The notes under the pieces were generated by a model. The model was not told the origin of the DNA. It searched no databases and was given only the letters and a program-made list of their open reading frames with translations. A stretch of DNA of 64,000 nt, taken from Bryobacterales bacterium (lineage in GTDB: Bacteria; Acidobacteriota; Terriglobia; Bryobacterales; Bryobacteraceae). The stretch spans positions 2,458 to 66,457 of the forward strand of contig CAWJBS010000108.1 of NCBI GenBank assembly GCA_963840845.1, written 5' to 3'. A program made the position numbers and the translations under genes. Positions 1 through 9,875 of this stretch are shown in pieces (the stretch's first letter is position 1; every line of letters begins with the position of its first letter).

Positions 1-119
1 AAGTAACCCCGACATTTATGTCGGGGATCGCTAAATTACAAAATATGTTCGGCTTTAGCCAAAATGATATGAAAATTTTGGCTTGAACCATAGGCTAATC
101 CGCCTCCGGTGGAAAAGCC
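1..119. repeat. Structured interspersed repeat, copy 1 (cut by window edge)
   Basis: Module A (aagtaaccccgacatttatgtcgggga..aaattacaaa) contains an 8-bp perfect hairpin. The 40-nt module B at 80-119 is 34/40 identical to the reverse complement of 4891-4930. Confidence 0.65.
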
Positions 120-222
120 TATGAAGTCCGGGTTCCATTATTATCCGAGTTTCACATAGTGATAGCTATGCCAAAAACCCGGGGCTACTGAAGAAAAATT
201 TTTAGTACCTGCGTAACTTCAG

Positions 223-2335
223 TTAATAAATTGTTTTTACACCCAGATTCTTAAAAATAAATGACCATATATCGGTCTGTTCTTCTATAATTTTATCTGT
301 TGGCTTTCCGGCGCCGTGCCCTGCGCGTGTTTCAATTCTTATAAGTATTGGGTTTTTGCCTTTATATTTTTCCTGAAGTGTGGCTATATACTTAAATGAA
401 TGTGCCGGAACTACTCTGTCGTCATGGTCTGCTGTTGTAACAAGAATAGCAGGGTATTTTATTCCCGGTTTAATATTGTGAATAGGCGAATATTTGTACA
501 AATTATTAAACTGAGCTAAGTCGCTGCTAGCACCGTATTCATTTACCCACGCCCAGCCGATTGTAAATTTCTGGTAACGCAGCATATCCATAACACCAAC
601 CTGGGGGATTGCAACTCTGAATAAATCAGGCCGCTGATTTACAACTGCACCGATTAAAAGTCCGCCATTCGAGGCTCCGTTAATTGCAAGCTTTTGAGGG
701 GATGTATATTTGTTTTTTATCAGATACTCCGCCGCGGCTATAAAATCATCAAACACATTTTGCTTTTTATCAAGCATACCTGCAGTGTGCCAATCTTCTC
801 CATATTCACTTCCCCCGCGTATGTTGGCTATTGCAAGCACTCCGCCGTTTTCAAGAAGAATTAACCTGGAAATGCTGAATGCAGGATTTATACTTATATC
901 AAAACCGCCGTATCCGTATAGTAAAGCCGGGTTATTGCCGTTTAATTTTAAATCTTTTTTGTGAACAATAAACATAGGCACTTTTGTGCCGTCTTTGCTC
1001 TTATAAAATATTTGTTCTGTTGTATAATTGCTGAAGTCAAAATCAATTTCAGGTTTGTGCAGAACCGATGAAGATTTCGTATCAACATCAAACTTATAAA
1101 TAGTTGTTGGAAAAGTGAACGATGTAAAAGCATAAAAAGCGGTTTTATCTTCAGGCTTTCCGCTGAATCCGCCTACGGTTCCAATCGCCGGCAGTTTAAT
1201 TACTTCTTCTGATTTCCCGTCTAAATCATATATATAATCCTGGCTGTAAGCATCTTTTGTATATTCAACAAATAATTTACCGCCGATAATTGAAGCAGAC
1301 TGCAATACGGATTCCTTTTCCGGCAGTATTGTTTCCCAGTTTTTTTCACCGGGATTTTGCGGATCAATTAATACAAGACGGTACTTCGGGGCATTTTTAT
1401 TGGTCAAAACAAGAAGTTTACTGCCTATATTATCGACTACATTATAATTGTTATCAAAATTTTCAATTATTTTCACAATACCTGAATTGGGATTCTGAAG
1501 GTCTTTTGCATAAAGTTCATTATTGCTTGTCCCGGTTGACAAATAAAAAAGTAAAAATCTTTCATCATCGGTTGTCTGTGCGTTTACTATTAAATTAGGG
1601 GCAGTACTGTCCGCAAAAATTAAACTATCAAGTTTTTGATCATTACCTATTTTATGATAGTATATCTTATGGAATTCATTGCTTGAAACTAATTCTTTCC
1701 CTTGCTCCGGTTCCGGGTAACGGCTGTAAAAAAATCCGTCTTTATACCATGAAATGCCGGAGAATTTTATCCACTTTAAATTATCATTTAGCTTTTGTTT
1801 TGAAGCTACATCCATAACGAAAAATTCATTCCAGTCTGAGCCTCCGGATGCGGTGCCGTAAGCAAAATACTTACCGTCTTTTGAAACAGCATAGGTAGTT
1901 AATGAAACAGTGCCGTCTGACGACAGTTTATTCGGGTCTAAAAAAAGTTCAGGCTTAGCACTTAGGTCGCTCTGAATGTACAATACACTTTGGTTTGAAG
2001 CCCGTCGTTTTTAAAAAGAAGTAATTGGAACCTCCCTTAAATGGGACGGAATATTTTGGGTAGTTCCAGAGTTTTTCAAGGCGTTCCTTAATTTTATCCC
2101 TGTAAGTGATTTTATTCAGGTATCCGTAAGTAACTTCGTTCTCTTTTTTCACCCATTCGCTTACGGCTTTTGCCGTATCATCCTCCAGCCACCGGTAAGG
2201 ATCATTCACAACTGTGCCGAAATAATTGTCTTTAGTGTTGTCTTTGTAAGTTTTAGGGTACTTCAGTGCCTGGGGGTAACTTGTCATAATAAAAACCGTT
2301 AAAAGAAATAAAATAAGGTTTAATTTGTTAAACAT
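223..2335 (-). CDS. Prolyl oligopeptidase (peptidase S9A), reading frame broken once near 1955-1985
   Basis: Two overlapping minus ORFs (1955..2335 N-terminal with signal peptide and DPYRWLED motif; 223..1983 beta-propeller plus catalytic domain with GASNGGLL nucleophile elbow). They join into one typical POP if one base is added or removed. Confidence 0.9.
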
Positions 2336-2492
2336 GCAAAACTCCGTTTGAGTTTATAAATATTACGTAATTATAATAAAAATGTCTGCTAACAGGCAAG
2401 AAAAATATGATTGACGGGAAATCATTTTATATATTTATAACCAGGAAAATTTAATAAATGAGTTTACTTGTGTGATGCAGGATATAACTGTT

Positions 2493-2521
2493 TTGACAAG
2501 TAAGGCCAAAAGTATTATAAT
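2493..2521 (+). promoter_or_regulatory. Consensus sigma70-type promoter upstream of the OsmC gene
   Basis: TTGACA (2493-2498), a 17-nt spacer, then TATAAT (2516-2521). An AGGAG Shine-Dalgarno lies at about 2553 and the ATG at 2565. Confidence 0.5.
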
Positions 2522-2564
2522 TTCATGCAAATTAAAATAATTTTATTCAATAAAGGAGAAAAAT

Positions 2565-2994
2565 ATGCCGGTTAGAAAAGCTAATTCGGAATGGCGCGGA
2601 GATTTTAAAAAGCGGTAGCGGAAATATTAGTACGGAATCCGGAATTTTAAAAAACGTAGCGTATAATTTTATTTCAAGGTTTGATAAAGGCGATGAAACA
2701 AACCCGGAAGAATTAATCGGTGCCTTGCATTCTGCTTGTTATTCAATGGCTCTTTCAAATATGCTCTCAGGTGAAGGATTTAAAGTAAATTTTGTAAGAA
2801 CAGAAGATAAAGTTCACATTGATAAAGTCGGCGATGGATTTTCTATTACAAAGATAGAGATTAATTGTGAAGCAAGTATAGAAAATATAGATGAGCCTGC
2901 ATTTAAAAAATTTGCCGAAGATGCAAAAAAAGGCTGCCCGGTATCAAAAGCGCTGGCAGGCGTTGAATTTGTGCTTACAGCAAATTTAAAGTAA
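2565..2994 (+). CDS. osmC: OsmC/Ohr family peroxiredoxin, frame broken near 2610
   Basis: The N-terminus MPVRKANSEWRGDFK stops prematurely. The rest (2725..2994 ORF, ..GCPVSKALAGVEF..) continues in another frame and matches the OsmC C-terminal half. Confidence 0.8.
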
Positions 2995-3014
2995 AAAAAC
3001 AAAAAATATAATGA

Positions 3015-3047
3015 ACGGATGCCCTTACCCGGCATCCGTTTTTTTTA
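3015..3047 (+). terminator. Rho-independent terminator, potentially bidirectional between convergent genes
   Basis: 9-bp stem ACGGATGCC/GGCATCCGT with a 7-nt loop followed by a T9 run. An A-rich run on the other side allows function for the minus-strand GNAT gene, whose 3' end overlaps the stem. Confidence 0.6.
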
Positions 3048-3354
3048 TACTTTGCGAATACTGTATCCGGCTAAAAAGGTGTTCAAACTCTTTATGACGC
3101 TTTATATATGTTGCCACATAAGAACAAGTCGGAGTGACTTTAAACCCTTTCTCTTCTGCAAACTTCAACCCTTTAAGAACAATCACTCCGGCAATACCCT
3201 GACTTCGTAATTCATCGGGTACATATGTTTTAAACATATTCATTACATTATTATCAACAATTAAATATCTCAGGTATGCTTCGCTGCCGTTTACAACCGT
3301 ATAAAATTTATTGTCTTCTATGTTATGTTTTATTTCTATGCTCATATTATTCAT
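3025..3354 (-). CDS. Small GNAT-family N-acetyltransferase (YjdJ-like)
   Basis: 109-aa ORF with ..RSQGIAGVIVLKGLKFAEEKGFKVTPTCSYV.., typical of single-domain GNAT proteins. Confidence 0.7.
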   Translation of the reverse strand: MNNMSIEIKHNIEDNKFYTVVNGSEAYLRYLIVDNNVMNMFKTYVPDELRSQGIAGVIVLKGLKFAEEKGFKVTPTCSYVATYIKRHKEFEHLFSRIQYSQSIKKTDAG

Positions 3355-3424
3355 ATTTAAATATAAAATAATAAAAACATTTCAAATGTAAATGCAAGCA
3401 CAAAATTATATGTCTTCTATCCTC

Positions 3425-4622
3425 CTATGCTAAAAATGCCGAAGTATTTTGCATTACAAGCTTAAAGGATTTATCTACCTGAACTTTATATTTTTCATTT
3501 ATAGGAAAGGGCGTAACGTGATTGTAAGGATATTCAAAGTCTAAAACGTCCAGGCGTGTATTTATATTTCCGGGTCCTCCTGTAAGGGTATTTGAAACTC
3601 CGGATGGCGGTACAACCTCATCCTTTACTAAGGCTGTGGCGCTTATTCTTTCATGTATCTGGTGAAGGCGTTTCTCCCGCAGGTCTTTGTAATGTTTTTG
3701 GCTGATTAAAGAAGCAAAATAACTCCGGTCAATAGACATGCCCCTGAAATAATGTTCTAGCCTTCTTTCCAGTAATGGCTTGTTATCCAACTGCTGCTCA
3801 AAAAAATTTTCTACGGTTGTGGATGCCCTCAAATCTATTATGTAACGGGAAACAGGCATCATTTTATCAAATGTTGCCCCGCCGCAGAATATAACAAGCC
3901 GTGAATTGTCCAACTCCTTATTGGGATTGTCCATCAAAAGCAGTAATGAGAAAAATGCACCGATTGAATAACCGAAAAAATCAATACTGGCCCCCGGCGA
4001 TATATTTTTTTCAAAACCCATCCTTATTGATTTTAATAAAGCGCAGAAATCCTTATAGGTCTGCAAGCCCGATAAAAAGAATCTTTGCGGGCTGTTTTCA
4101 AGTCTTTCACTTATCGCTGCATTTATAAAGGATGATTTGGCATTCGATGATTTGTTGGCTCTTTGTATAGCTATTTTATTCATTAGCCGTGAATCCGACC
4201 ACGCGTATGGCGCCCTGTTCATGTGAAACGCTATCGGGAAGAGTATAATTGTTTTACCCGTCTGTCTTGCCAGTTCATAGGCCCAAGGGTAATATTTATC
4301 CCACTTCTTTTCATTTAATCCGTGAAATAAAAATATTATTCCCTCGGATTGTGAACATCCGGTATTCTGTATGGAGTAATATTCAAATATATTGTTACTT
4401 GAAATGTTATAATCATTTATACCTGTCAGGAATTGGGGATCGGGCTTGACCGGTAAAATTATTATCACCGGCAGGAATACTTGCACTAGTTCTAAATAAA
4501 TTTGTTCCGCCTGAAGTAAAGTGTCTTTTTTGTATACTTACTGAAAGATCTTTTAACTCTGTTGTTGTAACAATATTATCAAAAGCATCTTTTAATCTCT
4601 TATAAAGGATGTCATAAATCAT
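3425..4622 (-). CDS. Alpha/beta-hydrolase-fold protein, frame broken near 4440-4480
   Basis: GYSIGAF nucleophile elbow (GxSxG). ORFs 3425..4486 and 4413..4622 overlap in different frames and read as one protein. Confidence 0.6.
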
Positions 4623-4841
4623 GTTTATATTACGCCGTTAGTTTATTTGATACCTGGATCTGATTAGGATATTATTCAGTAAGCTTTATGTCAATAAGAT
4701 TGGTCTTTTTTTTATGATCTGTAATTTGCAAATAATCCCGTTAAGGATTTGTAAAAGAATTGTAAATACAATAGGCCCGAATTTAACTTAATTCAGAAGG
4801 AAAGTTTAATAATTTGCTGAAATTACATAAATGATATTTAC

Positions 4842-4930
4842 AAGTAACCCCGGGATTTATGCCGGGGACTTGAAATTACAAATCAGTGTCGGCTTTTCCG
4901 CCAGAGGCGGATGAGCCTTCGGCTCAAGCC
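4842..4930. repeat. Structured interspersed repeat, copy 2
   Basis: Module A (aagtaaccccgggatttatgccgggga..aaattacaaa) is co-linear with bases 1-45. Module B at 4891-4930 (ggcttttccgccagaggcggatgagccttcggctcaagcc) is inverted relative to 80-119. Confidence 0.65.
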
Positions 4931-5381
4931 AAAATGATTTTTTATAAGTAATTCTTCTTAGTGATTCTTAGTGTCTTAGTGGTAAAATGTCTTTCCTAAA
5001 AGAAAACTTAACGCTTAAAACTTCAGAACGCTTAGTCTTACTAATAACTTTCAGAACAGACTCCCGCTTAATAAAATCTTTAATATCTGCGTAAACTTAA
5101 ATAATTCATTGTGTTTTCGGTTATCATTGCAACATAAGACTTTAACATTTCGATTAATCTTATTGTCATATATAGTAAAGAAAAAACAATGGTTCATCAG
5201 TGTTGTAAGAGTAATTTAACCATAGAATTTACTATTTTCACCATCAAGGTCACGTTTTATTGTTCCAAAGCATTTGCGTTTTTCAATAATTATCATTTAC
5301 TTAGAAACTATTAGTTTCGTTTTACCACGGAAAGTATTATTACTAATGAAAAAGCGGGACATTTGATATTCAGAACTATAA

Positions 5382-5708
5382 ATGATTGCAAATAAACAAT
5401 TAATATCGATATTAATCCTGTCTGCAGTTCTGTTTATATACGGATGTGCCGGATCAAATAGTACTTTACCGGCAAAATTCGTTGTCGGTAATATCGTCGT
5501 AGTTGGCAATGAACCTTTTACCAAATTAGCATTGCAAACCGGACCGTCAGGTATAATTTTACTCGACTGCGACAAAGAAACTAAAGATTTTCTTCTTAAT
5601 AATCAGGGCAGGAATGTAAAGATTTTTTATGAAATAAGAGACGATACTAAAGCCCCTAATGCTGTGTATGTTAAAAAATATGAATTTATCTCTAAGGAGA
5701 TTCAATAA
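5382..5708 (+). CDS. Small lipoprotein of unknown function
   Basis: Signal peptide ending in the lipobox-like LFIYGC. 108 aa, AT-rich codon usage consistent with neighbours. Confidence 0.55.
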   Translation: MIANKQLISILILSAVLFIYGCAGSNSTLPAKFVVGNIVVVGNEPFTKLALQTGPSGIILLDCDKETKDFLLNNQGRNVKIFYEIRDDTKAPNAVYVKKYEFISKEIQ

Positions 5709-5837
5709 AAAGTAACAATTCTTTTAAAGTATTGTATAATCTATTCAATAAAGAGAATATTTTGACTTGACAGTTGGTAAATACAACTCGACCTTCGAAG
5801 TCATTTTATTAATTAATTTGTAAATATTGAGGTCAGT

Positions 5838-6873
5838 ATGCGTTTTATTTGTTATTTAACAATTTTCACAATCATCATTTCTTATTCTGCATTGTCACAG
5901 AAAAAAATACTTAAAGTTCCCCGTAAAGGAACATCCATTCATAAAAAATATCCAATGGATGGTACGCCTCTTTTGTGGAAGCAGGATCAGGCTGTTGCAG
6001 AATGGGTTAAAGCGCACCCTGATTATAATAAACAAAAACTTGCGAAAACCACCGGCACATATAGTGTTGGATCAACCCATTCCTGGTGGTCCCAGGATTT
6101 TTCAACCGGCAACTATTATGAGGTTCCTTCAACTTGCGAGGCGGTAGGGCCTAACAGTTATATTTTTGTTGAAACTGCACAGTTAAGCAGCGGCAAAGTG
6201 ATTCAGTCCGAGATTGACTCTGTTGAAAACGTCTTCGAAAATGAAACGCCTGCTAATGCCAATAAAGGTATTTTTGCAACGGATACTTCTGCTTTCGGAA
6301 ATCCCCCTGATATTAGCAGCGATCCAAGAATTATTGTCCTGCTTCTGGATATTCAATCAGGCGATAATAGCTCCAGCGGCTATGAAGCAGGTTATTTTAA
6401 CTCTCTTAATGAGACACCTAGCGCAAACAGTAATGACGCAAATATTATTTATATAGACTGCTATACTACTGATCTTTCAACTTCCGATGGATTGGAAACT
6501 GCCGAAGCAACATGTGCGCACGAGTTTCAGCATATGATTAACTGGAATTACCATCAAACAAATCCGGAAATAACATTTGTAAATGAAGGCTGCTCTATGC
6601 TTGCGGAAGTAAATTGCGGGTATCCGCCGTTTTACCCTGACCTTTACGAGGATTACACAAACTATTCTCTTTTTAACTGGGATAGTGATCCTACCCTGGC
6701 TTTAATAGATTATTCGCGGACACAAAGATATTTTATTTACTGGCTTGACCAGTTTGGTATTGGTAATTTTTAAACATGTCGTTCAGGACAACCAGGTAGG
6801 ATTAGCGGGTCTTGAAAATGCCCTTGCAACAGACGGCCAGACACAATCATTTACACAGTATTTTCAAACTCAG
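5838..6873 (+). CDS. Secreted HExxH zinc metalloprotease, frame broken near 6765 and 3'-truncated at the compositional junction
   Basis: Signal peptide and a CAHEFQHMINW zinc-binding motif. The reading continues in a second frame (..VQDNQVGLAGLENALATDGQTQSFTQ..) until the join. Confidence 0.6.
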
Positions 6874-7717
6874 TAGGTACGTGACCTTTGTAGAAATAAA
6901 ACTCACGCACGACCTTAACCGGAGGCCGGAGGAGGTTGCTCTTGTGCGCGATGACGTTGAGCAGTTCGTTGTTGGTCGGTTTGTAATCCAGGAGAATGCT
7001 CGTTTTCGGAGTGCGAAGAACATAGGCTCTCTGCCGGAGAATGATTTCGCCGTTTTCGTCTGAGACTGGATCGGGCTCAGGAGGCTTGATGGCTTCCTGA
7101 CGCTCGAGTTTACGGAGTGCTTCGAGACCGGATTTGGCGAGCCAGGCATCGCGCGCGGCTTCGGTGGCTACCTTGTCGGCGACACGCGCATCTTGCTCCT
7201 TGCGAAGTTCGAAACGCATGAGGTCGAGATCGAAGCGGGCCTTTTGCTGTTCGAATTGCGCGCGCGATTTTTCTTGAGAGAACTGATCCTTTTTGATGTT
7301 GCGCAGATTGGTGACAGCGCGGGCGAGACTGCGTTCGGCGGTGGTGCGATAGCGGTCCACGTTGACCATATCGCGGAGGCCGTAGTTCGAGGGCTGGTCG
7401 CCAGTGGTGGATTCGGCGCAGATGTCGGATTCGCGGCGAAACGAGATGCGCTGGCGACGCCAGAGAATCCAGCGGGCGACGACAGCGTCGGTGACCATGG
7501 CGGCGTCGTCGGTATGAGCCGGGGTGTGCGTTTCGAACGATTCGGCGAGGAGCTTGAAAAATTCTTGTGGATCTTCGCCGGGGAGGAACATGGAGCGGGC
7601 GGTGCCGCCGTGTTTGAGGTTGTTGAGACAGGTGAGAGCGGAGCCGGGGAGCGCCATGGCAGGCGTATAGTCCGGGTCGTTGTTCACGTTCGATTGGTCG
7701 TCCATTGGTTGTTGCAT
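6851..7717 (-). CDS. Hypothetical protein, distant paralogue of 35421..36203
   Basis: 288-aa ORF with GC-rich codon bias. It shares LNxLKxGxT....LPxxD and RWxLxR motifs and a charged coiled-coil-like C-terminal half with 35421..36203. Confidence 0.6.
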   Translation of the reverse strand: MQQPMDDQSNVNNDPDYTPAMALPGSALTCLNNLKHGGTARSMFLPGEDPQEFFKLLAESFETHTPAHTDDAAMVTDAVVARWILWRRQRISFRRESDICAESTTGDQPSNYGLRDMVNVDRYRTTAERSLARAVTNLRNIKKDQFSQEKSRAQFEQQKARFDLDLMRFELRKEQDARVADKVATEAARDAWLAKSGLEALRKLERQEAIKPPEPDPVSDENGEIILRQRAYVLRTPKTSILLDYKPTNNELLNVIAHKSNLLRPPVKVVREFYFYKGHVPTEFENTV

Positions 7718-8245
7718 AGGATTCTGAATCCGCGTTCAGGATCTTATGAGGGGCTTGCGGGCGGGTGGATTTTGGGAGGGTAAGATGTTGAAAATAAGGG
7801 AAATAAAAAATTGGCGAGTTTTGAACTAAAAAACGTTAATGTGGGGGGGGGATCGGCGGTGCGGCAAATAGGCGTGTGGAGAGGGTTCGAACGAGGGCGG
7901 AAAATTCGCATGTTCAGGCCTTGATCAGCTTCAGAATTTAAAGCAAGGATGAGCGTTTTGTGGCGAGGCGGCCGATGCCATCGTACGCGCTGTTTGCAAC
8001 ACGAGCACTGGCGCTCGTGGGAGTGCTGAAGCTCCTAAATGATCTGGGCAAGCCGCCACGGAACGAGTAGGGCGCGTAACATTCCGTCCTCTCGTCAGTT
8101 CCGAATATCGATGGTCTGGATTCGATCATCCGGCGCGACGACAACCCAAGGTTTAGACGAGGCGCGCGTGCTGGTGATCAACACACGCCAAGCTCGGAGA
8201 AGCGTTATTGAAAGTAGAGGCTTTCGGGCTGCGGCGGACAAAAGA

Positions 8246-8281
8246 GGCCGATTGCCAATCGGCCGCAGACTGCCAGTCTGC
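8246..8281 (-). terminator. Two abutting perfect palindromes downstream of the FHA-SLT gene; likely terminator
   Basis: GGCCGATTG-C-CAATCGGCC (8246-8264) and GCAGACTG-C-CAGTCTGC (8265-8281). Read on the minus strand, the first is followed by TCTTTTGT. Confidence 0.4.
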
Positions 8282-8291
8282 CCCACATAGT

Positions 8292-9709
8292 CTAACGGGT
8301 TTCCAGGTCGGCTAGCGGGTTATCGAAATCGAAACCGAAGGCATGTGGATCTTCGCCGATGACAGCGGCACTGGCGATGTAGAAGACGTAATCGTAAGTC
8401 TCTGACAGGCATGCGGTCTTTGTATTTAGTAAGTAGACGCCAAAAGTTTCGATCGCGGGGATTGTCGGGCATTTCGCGGACCAGCGGTAAGACGCGGCCT
8501 TCGCCCCAGTTGTAGCAAGCCATGACGAGAAAGCCGGAAGCTTGCGCGTCGGTATCGTAAAGATCTTTCAAATAGTGGACGGCGGCTTTGGTCTCTTTGT
8601 CGAAATGATGGCGTTCGTCGGCGGGATCGGGGCGGCGCAGGTCGACTAACGGGCCGAGGTGTAAGCCATACTTGACGGCGGTTTCGGGGATGAATTGCCA
8701 CATGCCTTTGGCGATGCCTTTCGCGGTTTGCGGGCCGCTGCTGTACTGGTCAAAACCGCTTTCCTGCAGCGCGAGGTAGAGGAATTGCGGCGGTAATCCT
8801 TGGGCTAGCAGTTCGTCGGTGATGGGCTTGATATAGCCGTTCGCCTTGGCTTTGCGGATGCCGGTAGCGAGCCGGTCGTTCTGCTGCCAGAGTTTGATGT
8901 AGCGGTCGATTTCTACCTCGAAATTCTTGGGCATATCGAGTTCGCATTCCCCGAAAATGCGAGCTACGCGCAGAATGAGCTTCTGCTTCGGGGTGAGCCT
9001 CGGGTCATAGACCTTGAGAGTGGCCAGGAAGCGGTCGTAATTTTTTTCCAGGTCTACACGCCGGCTCGCGGTACTTCTGAATCTCCGCCAAGCCGGGGCC
9101 CTGATAGGACGAGGCCTGCACAATGTTCTGCAAGTTGCCGATGTCGAGATCGAGGGACTTCATGTTATAGAAAAGATCTTCGGCGGATGAGCGTTGCTGT
9201 TGCAGTTGGTGATGGATACGCCAGGCATACGTGCCGGCACCGAGAACGATGACGGCCAAAAGAGCCACAAGCAACTGATATTTGCGGCGTTCGCGGGCTT
9301 GCACCAAGGCGGCCGCGCGGCGCATGAACTGGGTATGTTCGCTAACCGGCTCGGCGTTCGCTTTACTGAAATACCGCTCCACATAGCGATGAACCATGGT
9401 ACGGTCGCCCACTACGGAAGCGGCGGGGGGCTCCGGCTCGATCGGCTTTATCTCTGCGAAGCTAACGATTGGGCCGGCGATGCCCAAGCGAACATTTTTC
9501 ATTGCGCCGACGGCGGTTTTTGTTACCCGCTGGCCATCGAGGAAGATGCCGTTGCTGGATTGCAGATCTTCCACCCACCACTGGCCGCTTTTAAAATAAA
9601 CCTCCACGTGCTGGCGGCTGACATATTCGTGCTTGAGAGGGATGTCGCAGCTGTCGGCGCGGCCTATGCGAAACGTGGAAGTGAAGTCTCGAACGATAGA
9701 GCGGCACAA
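8292..9709 (-). CDS. FHA domain - transmembrane helix - lytic transglycosylase (SLT) fusion, frame broken near 9065 and near 8405
   Basis: The N-terminus has an FHA signature (FRIGRADSCDIPL..VSRQHVEV..DLQSSNGIFLDG). A TM helix (LLVALLAVIVLGAGTYAW) follows. The SLT core is ALQESGF...AKGMWQFIP. The C-terminus continues in a third frame (ETYDYVFYIASAAVIGEDPHAFGFDFDNPLADLETR) to the stop at 8292. Confidence 0.8.
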
Positions 9710-9875
9710 CGTCAGGGATGGTGACGCGCAGGGTGGGAGTTTGAGCAGGCGATTCCACAGTGGGGTTAGTCGAACCCGGAAGCCTATTCTAACTTGCCGG
9801 GTTAGCGGGTTACGAGATGATTGGCTTGGTTACGTGATGGTTCCTGAGCCAGGGCCGGTGAAACGGTGCGTTGCG

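Noticed and set aside
5297-5575. 92-aa minus-strand ORF overlapping the lipoprotein gene
   Set aside because: It overlaps a better-supported plus-strand gene with a signal peptide and lipobox, and has no motifs.
1-6850. The AT-rich block as a horizontally acquired genomic island in the GC-rich genome
   Set aside because: The boundary truncates genes on both sides and lacks integrase, tRNA or repeat hallmarks. The block also carries housekeeping-type genes with its own repeat family. A chimeric join is the more economical explanation.
7193-7783. Long ORFs antisense to annotated genes in the GC-rich part (for example 7193..7783, 10337..11035, 15317..15970, 22628..23344, 23356..23952, 26291..27121, 54490..55269)
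   Set aside because: They are typical shadow ORFs of high-GC DNA. They have Arg/Gly/Ala-rich low-complexity translations and no motifs, and each lies opposite a gene with clear family signatures.
7870-7890. tRNA T-loop-like strings (GGGTTCGAAC at about 7874; GGGTTCGACT on the minus strand at about 9770)
   Set aside because: The flanking bases cannot form T-stems or acceptor stems, so no cloverleaf is possible.
7921-7940. GAAGCTGATCAA on the minus strand, resembling the RNase P RNA P1 start
   Set aside because: The conserved GGAAAGTCCGG and ACAGAA/CCGGCTTA elements are absent on either strand nearby.
8100-8170. tmRNA-like 5' motif (CTGGATTCGA ... AACCCAAGG)
   Set aside because: There is no GGGG acceptor start, no T-arm/CCA end, no plausible tag ORF ending in ALAA-type residues, and the available length is too short.
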